64,000 nucleotides of DNA from Bdellovibrionota bacterium (GTDB lineage Bacteria > Bdellovibrionota_C > UBA2361 > OMII01), in NCBI GenBank assembly GCA_044345405.1, contig JBIJBE010000002.1, positions 107,600-171,599 on the forward strand, in the 5' to 3' direction. Shown one piece after another: positions 10,727 to 19,729 of the stretch (position 1 is the first letter of the stretch; each line of letters opens with the position of its first letter). A program made the translations under genes and the position numbers. The notes under the pieces were generated by a model, which was not told the origin of the DNA, ran no database searches, and worked only from the letters and a program-made list of their open reading frames with translations.

Positions 10727-10894
10727 CTACCGTCCTGCGTCAGGGCGCGTTCTGGTCTCCTGCCTGAAAACTGGAACATTCCTTGGCGCTTCGATTCCAA
10801 GTTTAACCCTTCCGCGTTCAATTTCTAACACGGTAATTTTGATGGAATCACCAATGACTATTACCTGATCACTACGCCGCGCAAGAACCAACAT
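10727..10894 (-). CDS. csrA: Carbon storage regulator CsrA/RsmA
   Basis: MLVLARRSDQVIVIGDSIKITVLEIERGRVKLGIEAPRNVPVFRQE; GGGAG SD upstream. Confidence 0.92.
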   Translation of the reverse strand: MLVLARRSDQVIVIGDSIKITVLEIERGRVKLGIEAPRNVPVFRQETRTRPDAGR

Positions 10895-10899
10895 TAGAC

Positions 10900-11055
10900 T
10901 ATTCTCCCAAAAAAACTTCAAAGGCCCTCTGAGAAACCGTCGTCCCTCCTCTGGCATAAGAGTCAGAGCGACATACCGTTAGAGATAGAGAAAGTACAAC
11001 CGTCAGTCAAACGACATGAACGGTGACCAACAATCGGCTCGAATATTGGACAAAT
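10900..11055 (-). promoter_or_regulatory. csrA promoter/leader repeat, copy 1
   Basis: TTGACT-17-TATCTC, then CTCTTATGCCAGAGGAGGGACGACGGTTTCTCAGAGGG; homologous to copies at ~14.7 and ~18.7 kb. Confidence 0.7.
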
Positions 11056-11118
11056 ACAGAGGCCTCGCCAACGAATATCTCAGGAGAGTGCGTAGCGAGA
11101 ATAAACGTAAATCAGACA

Positions 11119-13359
11119 TCACTCAATTCTCTCCGCCACCCAGTTGTACTCAAACACGCCACTCCGAGAACTAGATGAGCCGGTGACAACGGTTTTTCCA
11201 GACAGCGCAGAGCCGTCCGCGGACAGAACTGCAGAGCTACTCAGAGTGGCTCCGTTGATGGACTTCGCAAGCAAGTTTACGTCAAAGCCGTGTTCCCGAG
11301 GCGTAACCGAGACCGATTCAAAGTGAGTAAAGAGAACCTCGCCGCTCAACCCCGATATACCCGTTACGCCAACCAGAGTGATAGAAGAGCCAATGAATCC
11401 TCTTTGGCTCTCGTCGAATATGAAATAACCCTCCCCCTCGGCGGGCGCCGTAAGGGACCATTTCCAAACCCCGGCCAAGTGAGAAGGAGTTGATGCGGAA
11501 TTGGACTTGCCGGCTGATAGCGGAGGATTCTGCTGCGGACCGGCGTCGACACGCGGAGTATCTGCTTGCTCCATCAACGGCTGGAGTGGTTCTGCCACAG
11601 TATTCTCGAGCCAGTCGACTGAGCTGTAGGTTCTTAACTGACCGTCCACTAATCGCTCAAACCCTTTCGTCGCTACCAGCGCCCCCGGTTCGGTCTTATC
11701 CGCAATGTAAAACAGGGCGGTGACTGAAACATCAGAGAGTCGCCGCACCTCGCCTTCTTGCGACACGCCATCTCTATTCGCGTCGAACCACAGGCCCAAT
11801 TTGTCGAGTTCGATGCCGTCTATCTTTCCATTTCTATCAGTGTCCATGGTCGCGAGCGCTTCGTACCCATCTTTCCACGGAATGGCGGTGTGTTGGTTGT
11901 CCGAAGCGGGCTGCTTTCCGCCGAAGGTCCAACTGCCGAATAGCTGTTCGGCCGAGGTGATTGAACCGGTGTGTTCAGCGTCAAAAACAAGGACAGGGAG
12001 AGACGCTGAACCTCTCCACAACCACGTATCCTGCTTCGAGTGAGGGTTAAGCTTGAATGACACCATCGTGCTCGGAAGCAGAGAGTAGTCACCAGCCCAT
12101 ACCAGGGAGATCGGCGTAGCCATTTCAGCGTAGTAAGAGATAGATCCGCACGACATTTTGTCGGGCGTGATCGTCGAGACTGGAATCAGCTTGCAATTTT
12201 GATCAATGTAGAGAGAGCCCGCCTTACACCCCGGCTCTTTGTCCTCTTTCGAGCCTCCCCCGATCTGTGCCTCACCTGCATGACCCAGGGAGTTCGCGGC
12301 ACCGTAACCTCCGAGGCAGTTGATGTACTGTTTATTTTGCTCGTAACTGTCTCTTGTCCGCTCGTTCTTCTCGAGAAGGTGTATCCAGAGGTAGCTGGTA
12401 AAGCACGTGGCGTACTTCTCCATCATTTCCTTGCCGGCCAGATCTACGCCCTTGGCCTGGGTGTATCCGAAATCTTGGTTATGACAGGTCTCGAACGCTT
12501 TTCTAGCAACGTCTTCGAAACACTGCAATGATTGCGCGCCCTCACTTGGTGATATCTTCAGATCTCCCAACTTGTGCGTGCTTCCGTGCTTGAAATTAAG
12601 TCCGTAGTAGCTGCAACTAGGGGTTGGAGTAGCCGTGCTTGTCGCCGTCGCCGTTCGAGTGGGTGTGAGCGTCGGAGTCCGGGTAGGAGTTCTCGTAGGC
12701 GTCGCCGTTCGAGTGGGCGTAAGCGTCGGAGTCCGGGTAGGAGTTCTCGTAGGCGTCGCCGTTCGAGTGGGTGTAAGCGTCGGAGTCCGGGTAGGAGTTC
12801 TCGTAGGCGTCGCTGTTCGAGTGGGTGTAAGCGTCGGAGTCCGGGTAGGAGTTCTCGTAGGCGTCGCTGTTCTAGTTGGGGTAGGCGTCGAGGTTGGTGT
12901 TTTCGTCCCCGAGCATCCGACTCTTCGGAGGTAGTTCAAGATGACTGCAGAATCGAGGGGCGTTACACTGCCATCCCGGTTTACGTCTAAAGCTCTCGAA
13001 CTTTCACTAACGGGGCCTGGCCCCTTCTTGATGAGAAACAGGTCGATCGCTTGAGCGTCCGTTTCATTAACCACGCAATCCTGATTGACATCATAGGTTG
13101 ATAAGACTCTGTCGCCGTTACAATCCAGCGGCGCGCAAGGCTTCGCTGTCGCCGAGCGGGTAGGAGTTGGGTCGAGCCGTGAGGGCGCATCCTCTGGGCT
13201 GCGAACGACCGGCGAGGCGTTACAAACCCAAGTCACGGGGTATGATACGGCCAAAAGACACGCGATCCCTAGGGCGCACAGGCGACTGCTGCAATAAAGA
13301 ACAACATTGGCGACCGCACCGATTAAGCCTTCAGCGAAGTCGTTCAGCTTGATCACCAT
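11119..13359 (-). CDS. Large secreted protein: dockerin/EF-hand-like pair, Thr-Pro linker, Cys-rich domain, Ca-binding (PLVLDLDG-type) domain
   Basis: N-terminal hydrophobic segment; [21 protein letters not shown]; TPISLVW...QLFG...DGYEAL...DTDRNGKID...[16 protein letters not shown]. Confidence 0.8.
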   Translation of the reverse strand: MVIKLNDFAEGLIGAVANVVLYCSSRLCALGIACLLAVSYPVTWVCNASPVVRSPEDAPSRLDPTPTRSATAKPCAPLDCNGDRVLSTYDVNQDCVVNETDAQAIDLFLIKKGPGPVSESSRALDVNRDGSVTPLDSAVILNYLRRVGCSGTKTPTSTPTPTRTATPTRTPTRTPTLTPTRTATPTRTPTRTPTLTPTRTATPTRTPTRTPTLTPTRTATPTRTPTRTPTLTPTRTATATSTATPTPSCSYYGLNFKHGSTHKLGDLKISPSEGAQSLQCFEDVARKAFETCHNQDFGYTQAKGVDLAGKEMMEKYATCFTSYLWIHLLEKNERTRDSYEQNKQYINCLGGYGAANSLGHAGEAQIGGGSKEDKEPGCKAGSLYIDQNCKLIPVSTITPDKMSCGSISYYAEMATPISLVWAGDYSLLPSTMVSFKLNPHSKQDTWLWRGSASLPVLVFDAEHTGSITSAEQLFGSWTFGGKQPASDNQHTAIPWKDGYEALATMDTDRNGKIDGIELDKLGLWFDANRDGVSQEGEVRRLSDVSVTALFYIADKTEPGALVATKGFERLVDGQLRTYSSVDWLENTVAEPLQPLMEQADTPRVDAGPQQNPPLSAGKSNSASTPSHLAGVWKWSLTAPAEGEGYFIFDESQRGFIGSSITLVGVTGISGLSGEVLFTHFESVSVTPREHGFDVNLLAKSINGATLSSSAVLSADGSALSGKTVVTGSSSSRSGVFEYNWVAERIE
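12647..12872. repeat. Coding tandem repeat, 54 bp x ~4.2 ([18 protein letters not shown])
   Basis: Units start at 12647, 12701, 12755, 12809, 12863. Confidence 0.9.
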
Positions 13360-14576
13360 CCCCTATTCTCCTCTAAGGCGTATAGCAGCCAAGGATCCCT
13401 CGTGCACCTCCCTAAACATCACGGAAGAAGAATGCAAAAAACTTCCGAAAACCATCCGCGACCAGAGGGAACGGCAAATGCCGGGCGGTGGCCACGGCAC
13501 CACAAAATACGCGAGTCGGCTCGCCCTCCCGATGCTAGCCATACCATACTAACTGTTGGGGGCTGTCGTCCGTTCTCGGACGAAACTTTACGTTTACAGC
13601 CAGTTTTGAGAAAGACCAAAAAATAGGAAGATTTCGGGTGCAAGAATGGGTAATGCGAAGGCACCGAACACATGGTCACCTTGTTTCAGCACCATACATC
13701 CTCAGGGAACCTTGCCTGCGGACTACGTTCATACCAGTGAGAGTAGCGGGCTTCCTTACCCAGGTTTCTCAGGGCTTTGAGAACGATCCCAGTGGGCAAG
13801 GTCATGCTGGAGGGGATTCCGAACGACTTTGCCCTTTACCGCGGTCAAACTAGCGGCGGCGGTCGCTTCTTGTGAGGGAAGGTATTTAAAGAGCTGTGGA
13901 TTAAGGGCGGTGCGTTAGCACTAGGTATTTGATCAGTCCGCCTGGTGTTCATGCGCCGGAAACACGAAAGCCCTCAGTGATTGTGGAGTTCAGACCGGAG
14001 CGGTCTTGAATGGACTGCCGGTCTCTGACGTGAAAGCGCTAACTGAACTGTCAGTTAACTGTTAATGCGCGTCACTTCCTTGGCTGGTAGAGCTGGGTTC
14101 GTCAGCCGCTGCCTCGCACCAGAAAACTGACCTTGCCATCAAAAGAGCCCCTTACCAGTTTGCCCAGGGCCGGCAATGCCCCTCAAAGATCCCGGTGTCG
14201 GCGCTGATCGGGTTTGTGGCTCTCGACGGAACGCTTTCCGCCAAACTGGAGGAGGGGGTGACGGTATACTGCGATGTCCTTGAGGAACTCAGAAACCATA
14301 CTCGCCGCACTAACGCGAACCTCAGTGTCTATTCTTGTTGGACATCCAAGTGAGCGCTGCGCAACTAACGCGGTACAAAATGAATCAAACTCCGAAAGCC
14401 ATTTGGAGGCAGATACTTCCGCTAATAACAAGGGGTCGAGCACCGAAAGTTCGATTGCAACGAACGACTGCTGGCACTCCTTGACAAGACTGGCCTGCGA
14501 CAAACCCGACACTCCATCGTCTTGCGTTATCAATCACGGCGAACACTCGGATAGCTCTGCCGTCGATGTTCCGGTG

Positions 14577-14702
14577 CTATTTTTTGGGGGCAGCAGAACA
14601 GGCGCCTCCGATCTTCAACACAAACCGCTCACTTCTTATTAAATCAGCTATCAGGATTACGTCGCCAGCTTTTCGGTTCAGACCTAATAGTCCTATTTTC
14701 AT
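14577..14702 (-). pseudogene. Degenerate csrA copy 2
   Basis: LLGLNRKAGDVILIADLI...VLKIGG...APKK* resembles CsrA and sits behind the same leader. Confidence 0.6.
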
Positions 14703-14852
14703 CCTCACAAACACTCGAAAACCCTCTGAGAACCGTAATCCCTCCTCTTGCATAAGAGTCAGACCGACACACAACTTGGAGCTAGAGAAACCCAAGATCT
14801 CTCGCAAACTACGTAAAGTGCATACAACTAATAGCCCGAACATCGGTCAAAC
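14700..14852 (-). promoter_or_regulatory. csrA promoter/leader repeat, copy 2
   Basis: TTGCGA-17-TAGCTC; TCTGACTCTTATGCAAGAGGAGGGATTACGGTTCTCAGAGGG. Confidence 0.7.
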
Positions 14853-14914
14853 GTGAGTCAGGACCAAACCCGAGCGGAACTCCCAGGAGCACCCCCCTCA
14901 GTTTGACAGGGGCA

Positions 14915-17900
14915 CTAAGAACACTGACTGTTAAAGCGAGGAAGCTGCGTTGATACCTCCAGAGTTCGATTATACAAGGTTGTTCCCGTGGCAGCACGGG
15001 CCGCATCGCTTGAACTAAGGCTACGGCGCCGTGCTTTCTTAAGTGTCGACGCCGCTCGCTTCGTGAGGCGGTGAAGCTGCTTCGCGCGACCGGTTATCTC
15101 AGTGATATTTGATGAAGTCTGAATGGCCGCGCATCCAACGCATGATTTAGTCACCAGCGGGAAGCTCGACCATATGCTTTTCCATTGCGCAAGGTAGAGG
15201 TCCTGGGCCTCCTCCTCGTATGAAGCAGCGAGGTCCAAAAAGGTTGACGCGTTCGATACGCGTCTGATGCGACTCGCTAAATAGCGCACGGCAGACCGCT
15301 GTCGCGAGGCGAGATTATCGAGCTGTGACAACGTATCTTTGTTGTCGGCTTCGTTACACGAGATCTCTTCAACGGTACATCGCTGAGTCTGCGCCGAGGC
15401 CTCGACGGCGGCACTACCTAATGTCCACGTGATCACACTCGACGAGCTGGTGTTGTCACTTTCCGGAGTCGCGAAAGGGACAACCATCGTGAAGACATTA
15501 CTAAACGCGCCTCGAAAGAAGGTCGTCGGTTGACCCGGATTCGCCACGCCTGGATCCACGGAATTCCGCGGGCCATAAGGAATTGCAACAGAGGATAGTT
15601 CATCACTCCTGTAACCGAAGTGTGCTAACAGGCTCCCGTCTTGCAGGACATCCACACACTCGGCAATCGGTGTTACCTTGTATTGTGTGTCAGTTTGAGT
15701 CTCTGTTGCTGACGTTGTCGCCGTAGGCGTCGGTGTCTTTGTCAGCGCTATGACCTCGCATGTTGCCGACGGTGTCGCCGTGGGTGTCGGTGTCTTCGTC
15801 GGCATTATGACCTCGCATGTTGCTGAAGGTGTCGCCGTAGGTGTCGGTGTCTTTGTCGGCACCACCTCGTCGCACTCGACATTGTCTTTTGGTGAGGAAC
15901 ATCCCGGATCCAATCCATCAATCAGACCATCTCTGTCGTCATCAACGCCGTTCTGACATTGAGAGGTGCCATCAGCCTCATTAGTATCTTGAGAACTTGA
16001 GCATCCTGGGTCAGCCAAATCGATAAGGCCGTCTCGATCATCGTCCGTACCGTTTTGGCACTGAGAGGTTCCGTCACCCTCATTATTGTCTTGAGGGCTT
16101 GAGCATCCTGGGTCAGCCAAATCGATAAGACCATCTCGATCATCGTCCGTACCGTTCTGACACTGAGCAACTGGCGATGCCTCGTCGCTATCATCAGGTC
16201 CACTACAAGCGAAGTCCTGCAGGTCGATCGCACCGTCTCTGTCGTTGTCCACACCATCCGAGCACTGACTCGCAATTTGGAAGCGATACGCGACCTTTGC
16301 GGCCTGCCACGGACCCTTCTGGCCACCTTGCCCGATTCCTCGTACGAACCACTGGTACTGCCCTCGCGGCAAAACCGTTGTTGGCGTGTAAGAAGTTGAC
16401 GTCAGGCTTGCCTGCCTAATGACCACCTGGCCGTTCGCGGGGGAGATTTGTCTAACCACGATCTCGTAAGTTTTTGCCCCGGCAGCGGCCTTCCAGCGAA
16501 AAGCTACTTCAGGAGCTGAAATTACTCCGTTCTGAGGAGGGAATACCTGCGTTGGTAAGCCGATAGGTTGCGCACGAGCCTCGTTGTTGAGGGTACGGTC
16601 GTATGTCGCACTGCTCGTGAGGTCACGCCAGCATCCGGGGTCGGACGCGTCCGTCACTCCGTCAGAATCGTTATCCGAGCCATCCTGACACTGTGAGGTG
16701 CCATCAGCCTCATTAGTATCTTGGGGACTTGAGCATCCTGGGTCAGCTATATCGACAAGGCCATCTCGATCATCGTCCGTACCGTTCTGACACTGAGCAA
16801 CTGGTGATGCCTCGTCATTATCATCAGCTCCACTACAAGAGAAGTCCTGCAGGTCGATTACACCGTCACCATCATTGTCTAATCCGTCCGAGCACTGGCT
16901 TGCAATTTGGAAGGTAAACGCGACATTTTCGGACTGCCAAGGACCTTTCTGGCCGGCTTGACGGACTGCTCGTACAAACCATTGGTACCTCCCCCGCGGC
17001 AAAGATACCAGTGGCTTGTAAAACGTCGAGGTTATGTTTGCCGTTCTTATGACCTCCTGGTTTGCTTGAGGAGAGACCTGTCTGACCGAGACCTCATAAG
17101 ATTGCGCTCTAGCAACAGCCTTCCAGCGGAAAGCTAATTCGGGCGCCGTAATCACAGCGTTCCGAGGTGGAAACACCTGGGTTGGTATCCCTAGTTCTGG
17201 TTGCGAGCGAGCTTCGTTGTTGAGGGTACGATCGTAGGTCGAGCTGTTCCCGACGTCACGCCAGCACCCAGGATCTGCCGCATCGACCACTCCGTCGAGG
17301 TCGTTATCTGAGCCATCCTGACACTGAGAGGTTAGTAGACCTTCGTCGTTTAGGTTGGGGTCATATGAGCTAGGGTTTTCAGGGTTAGCCCAGCATCCGG
17401 GGTCATATCGGTCAGACAGGCGATCCCCATCGTTATCGAGACCATCGTCGCATTCCGTCCCACCTGAGCACAGATACGAGAAGTAAGCGTTTACACATCC
17501 ATTATTAAAGCCAAGAACCGCCTGGCCGGTGGTGGGATCATACAAAGCTCCCTGGATGCTCGTGGAACTGCACTTAGAAGAGAACGTGTTAGTACCGGCG
17601 GCACACCTTCGATTTCTTCCGATAGTTTGACTTCCAGACGCTTGAGTTGATTTGAAAGAAGTTAGATGAGCGGTCGTCGCTGTTCCCGGCTGGGCGCATA
17701 TATATCCACATTCCGAGATTCGGCCAGCTCCGCTTTGGGACGCGGTAATAACCCCATCCTCCCTGTTGTAGGAACATTCTACCGTTCCAGTACCGGCGCC
17801 GCCCTGTCTGACCTTTTGGAAATTTGCCACACTGACGACGCAAGTGAGACCAGCACCAATTGAAGTACCAGAGGAAACATATCCTGCCGTAAATTTTTGA

Positions 17901-18226
17901 CTTGCTCCTCGAGAATTATGGCACACATATACGCCCTTTCCGTCGGCGTATCGATTGCTGGCAATGGAGACACGGTTATTAGCAAGGCGTACCTGGAAGA
18001 ACGGCTCCTGATTCGCGGAGTTGTCGGATCGAACCCAAAGATAATTCCCCACAGAGGTAAAGCACTGGTCATAACCATCAGTGGACACGCTTTCTGTTGC
18101 CGAGATGTAGCCCATCTTAACGCCGCTATCCCGATATATCTCCTGGGCATTGATAACCGCCCCCCCAAGGAAGACTGACAAAAGTGAACAGAGCGTTGCG
18201 ATTCGAAGAGATAATCTTGTTTTCAT
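14915..18226 (-). CDS. Large secreted Cys/Asp-rich repeat protein (CxxGxDxDxDGxxDxxDPGC repeats, two FN3/Ig-like domains, PT linker)
   Basis: Signal peptide MKTRLSLRIATLCSLLSVFLGGAVINA; repeated QCQNGTDDDRDGLIDLADPGC; duplicated PTQVFPP...FRWKA...YQWFVR domain. Confidence 0.85.
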   Translation of the reverse strand: MKTRLSLRIATLCSLLSVFLGGAVINAQEIYRDSGVKMGYISATESVSTDGYDQCFTSVGNYLWVRSDNSANQEPFFQVRLANNRVSIASNRYADGKGVYVCHNSRGASQKFTAGYVSSGTSIGAGLTCVVSVANFQKVRQGGAGTGTVECSYNREDGVITASQSGAGRISECGYICAQPGTATTAHLTSFKSTQASGSQTIGRNRRCAAGTNTFSSKCSSTSIQGALYDPTTGQAVLGFNNGCVNAYFSYLCSGGTECDDGLDNDGDRLSDRYDPGCWANPENPSSYDPNLNDEGLLTSQCQDGSDNDLDGVVDAADPGCWRDVGNSSTYDRTLNNEARSQPELGIPTQVFPPRNAVITAPELAFRWKAVARAQSYEVSVRQVSPQANQEVIRTANITSTFYKPLVSLPRGRYQWFVRAVRQAGQKGPWQSENVAFTFQIASQCSDGLDNDGDGVIDLQDFSCSGADDNDEASPVAQCQNGTDDDRDGLVDIADPGCSSPQDTNEADGTSQCQDGSDNDSDGVTDASDPGCWRDLTSSATYDRTLNNEARAQPIGLPTQVFPPQNGVISAPEVAFRWKAAAGAKTYEIVVRQISPANGQVVIRQASLTSTSYTPTTVLPRGQYQWFVRGIGQGGQKGPWQAAKVAYRFQIASQCSDGVDNDRDGAIDLQDFACSGPDDSDEASPVAQCQNGTDDDRDGLIDLADPGCSSPQDNNEGDGTSQCQNGTDDDRDGLIDLADPGCSSSQDTNEADGTSQCQNGVDDDRDGLIDGLDPGCSSPKDNVECDEVVPTKTPTPTATPSATCEVIMPTKTPTPTATPSATCEVIALTKTPTPTATTSATETQTDTQYKVTPIAECVDVLQDGSLLAHFGYRSDELSSVAIPYGPRNSVDPGVANPGQPTTFFRGAFSNVFTMVVPFATPESDNTSSSSVITWTLGSAAVEASAQTQRCTVEEISCNEADNKDTLSQLDNLASRQRSAVRYLASRIRRVSNASTFLDLAASYEEEAQDLYLAQWKSIWSSFPLVTKSCVGCAAIQTSSNITEITGRAKQLHRLTKRAASTLKKARRRSLSSSDAARAATGTTLYNRTLEVSTQLPRFNSQCS

Positions 18227-18527
18227 GACGATATTTGGACCTTTGTAGTCATCCTTTGCCGAGTTTCACTGTTTAGTGGCACCAATCTTTCTTAAGAAGG
18301 TCGACAAGTCGTTAACCCGACCTTCCCACACACCTTCCGTAAAACCCGCCAATCCCTTCTCCGTTGTTCGGCACATCGACATATGAGGGGCTCCGGGCCC
18401 AGCTACACGCCGATTCCCTTGAGAGACGAAAGAACGAAGCATTCTGGAGGACCTGCTCAAACAACCTTTTTTTGAGACTCAAAGGGAACGCACACCCGTG
18501 CCCCCCGCTGCTAGCTGACGTCCCCAG

Positions 18528-18681
18528 TCAGAAGTCCTTTTCCCCCTGCCTGACCACGGGAACATTCCCTTGGGCTCTGGATGCCCAATTACATTCTGTC
18601 GCCCTTGACGTTTAAAACCGTAACTCCGACGCTTCAACGAACAAGAATTGCCTCATCATGTTTCCGGGCTATCGCCAATCT
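18528..18681 (-). pseudogene. Degenerate csrA copy 3 (frameshifts and in-frame stop)
   Basis: LAIARKHDEAILV / VGVTVLNVKGDRM*LGIQSPR / NVPVVRQG align to CsrA across frameshifts. Confidence 0.8.
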
Positions 18682-18689
18682 GTGCGCAC

Positions 18690-18843
18690 TCTTCTTAAAA
18701 ACGTCAAAAGCCCTCTGAGAAACCGTCGTCCCATCTCCGGCATAAGAGTTGAATCGACCTACAGAACGGAATTATAGAAAACAAAAATCTCTGTCAAACG
18801 ACGTAAGGTGTGACCAATTAACGGCACGGATCTTGGTCAAAAT
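18690..18843 (-). promoter_or_regulatory. csrA promoter/leader repeat, copy 3
   Basis: TTGACA-15-TATAAT (18797..18771); CTCTTATGCCGGAGATGGGACGACGGTTTCTCAGAGGGC. Confidence 0.7.
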
Positions 18844-18864
18844 AGTATTCCGCCCTCCCCACAG

Positions 18865-19302
18865 CGACTCGCGCATGAACAGTTGCGATTGGCTTCACAA
18901 ACTCAGTTTTTGGGTTCTATTTCGGTTACCATCACATCGTTACTCAGCAAGCACGAAACACTACCAACCCTTTTTCCCATCCACCGTGACGGATACGACC
19001 TCGGAATGCACTCCGAGCGAGGACCGGTAATTCTTAACAAAGCGACGACCGAGGAGCTCACGGGGGACGCGCAAGCGACACAGCGAACAAGATCCGATCC
19101 ACGCTCCCCGAGAAAGTTGCGGCGATGCTCGTTAATGCTGGAGATATCGTTGAACACTGCGCGATACTGCTCGTGCTCGACTCGATGAGGATGGAGTACC
19201 CGATTTGGACGTCGGTACGTGGGAAGATCTCGACTCGTTAAGCTTACACCTGGAACGGTCGTGCAAACGGGGTTGCCTCTTGAGGCAGTTGAACAGGAAT
19301 AA
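18865..19302 (+). pseudogene. Decayed duplicate of liuD 3' end (biotin carrier domain)
   Basis: HRDGYDLGMHSERGPVIL / ANKIRSTLPEKVAAMLVNAGDIVEHCAILLVLDSMRMEYPI / PGTVVQTGLPLEAVEQE* matches the LiuD C-terminus across two frameshifts. Confidence 0.85.
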
Positions 19303-19716
19303 TTACCGCGAGTCGTTACTCAGGTCGGTCAACAGCGACACCACATTAGCGTTAAACTCACGCTGATTACGGAGCGCAGGACCAAACACCGCGTTAATAA
19401 CCGGTTGAAGCATTCGCTTCCCGAGAACGATAAACGGCCCAATGATCTTACGGTGCGAGGTCGGAGTCTGGGGCCGAACATCGGCGGAATAGATCTGACA
19501 GAGCCGTCTGAGAAGCTCAACTCGCTCTGGCGTCGCGGTGAATCCATCTCGGGTCACTGAGAATGAGAGCTGTGCGATATGGCGCTCATCCGCCTCGCTG
19601 AACTTACCAGCGGCGCGCAGGTCGGCCACCCGTCGGGCGAGCGCATCGCGAACATCGGTGTTATTCTCCCCCGCGACGGAGAGCCAGTTTGACTGTGGTG
19701 ATGTAGGAGCTGCCAT
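19303..19716 (-). CDS. Hypothetical protein (island target gene; SHR..IG..IV..KR...QREFN motif)
   Basis: Likely ATG 19716 just downstream of the btuF-like gene; 3' end duplicated at 9141..9321. Confidence 0.75.
   Translation of the reverse strand: MAAPTSPQSNWLSVAGENNTDVRDALARRVADLRAAGKFSEADERHIAQLSFSVTRDGFTATPERVELLRRLCQIYSADVRPQTPTSHRKIIGPFIVLGKRMLQPVINAVFGPALRNQREFNANVVSLLTDLSNDSR
19427..19483. repeat. 57-bp exact direct repeat, right copy (att-like)
   Basis: Identical to 9265..9321. Confidence 0.92.
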
Positions 19717-19729
19717 AGCGGCGAGCGTA

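Larger units (their letters stand above)
9265..19483. mobile_element. Putative genomic island integrated in a CDS, with target-gene 3' end replacement; no integrase seen
   Basis: Bounded by 57-bp direct repeat; duplicated gene end; accessory cargo and pseudogenes. Confidence 0.72.

Noticed and set aside
12647-12872. CRISPR or non-coding repeat; VGV-repeat ORF on + strand
   Set aside because: In-frame Thr-Pro linker with no spacers; the + strand ORFs are antisense shadows.
18822-18838. Sigma-54 promoter (CGGCACGGATCTTGGT)
   Set aside because: The -12 GC is missing, it points away from csrA, and it is not kept in the other copies.
18883-19188. 101-aa and 84-aa ORFs as real genes
   Set aside because: They are fragments or antisense readings of the liuD pseudogene.
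9141-19483. Repeat pair as a diversity-generating retroelement TR/VR
   Set aside because: Mismatches are mostly synonymous third-position changes involving all bases, not adenine-specific, and no reverse transcriptase is present.
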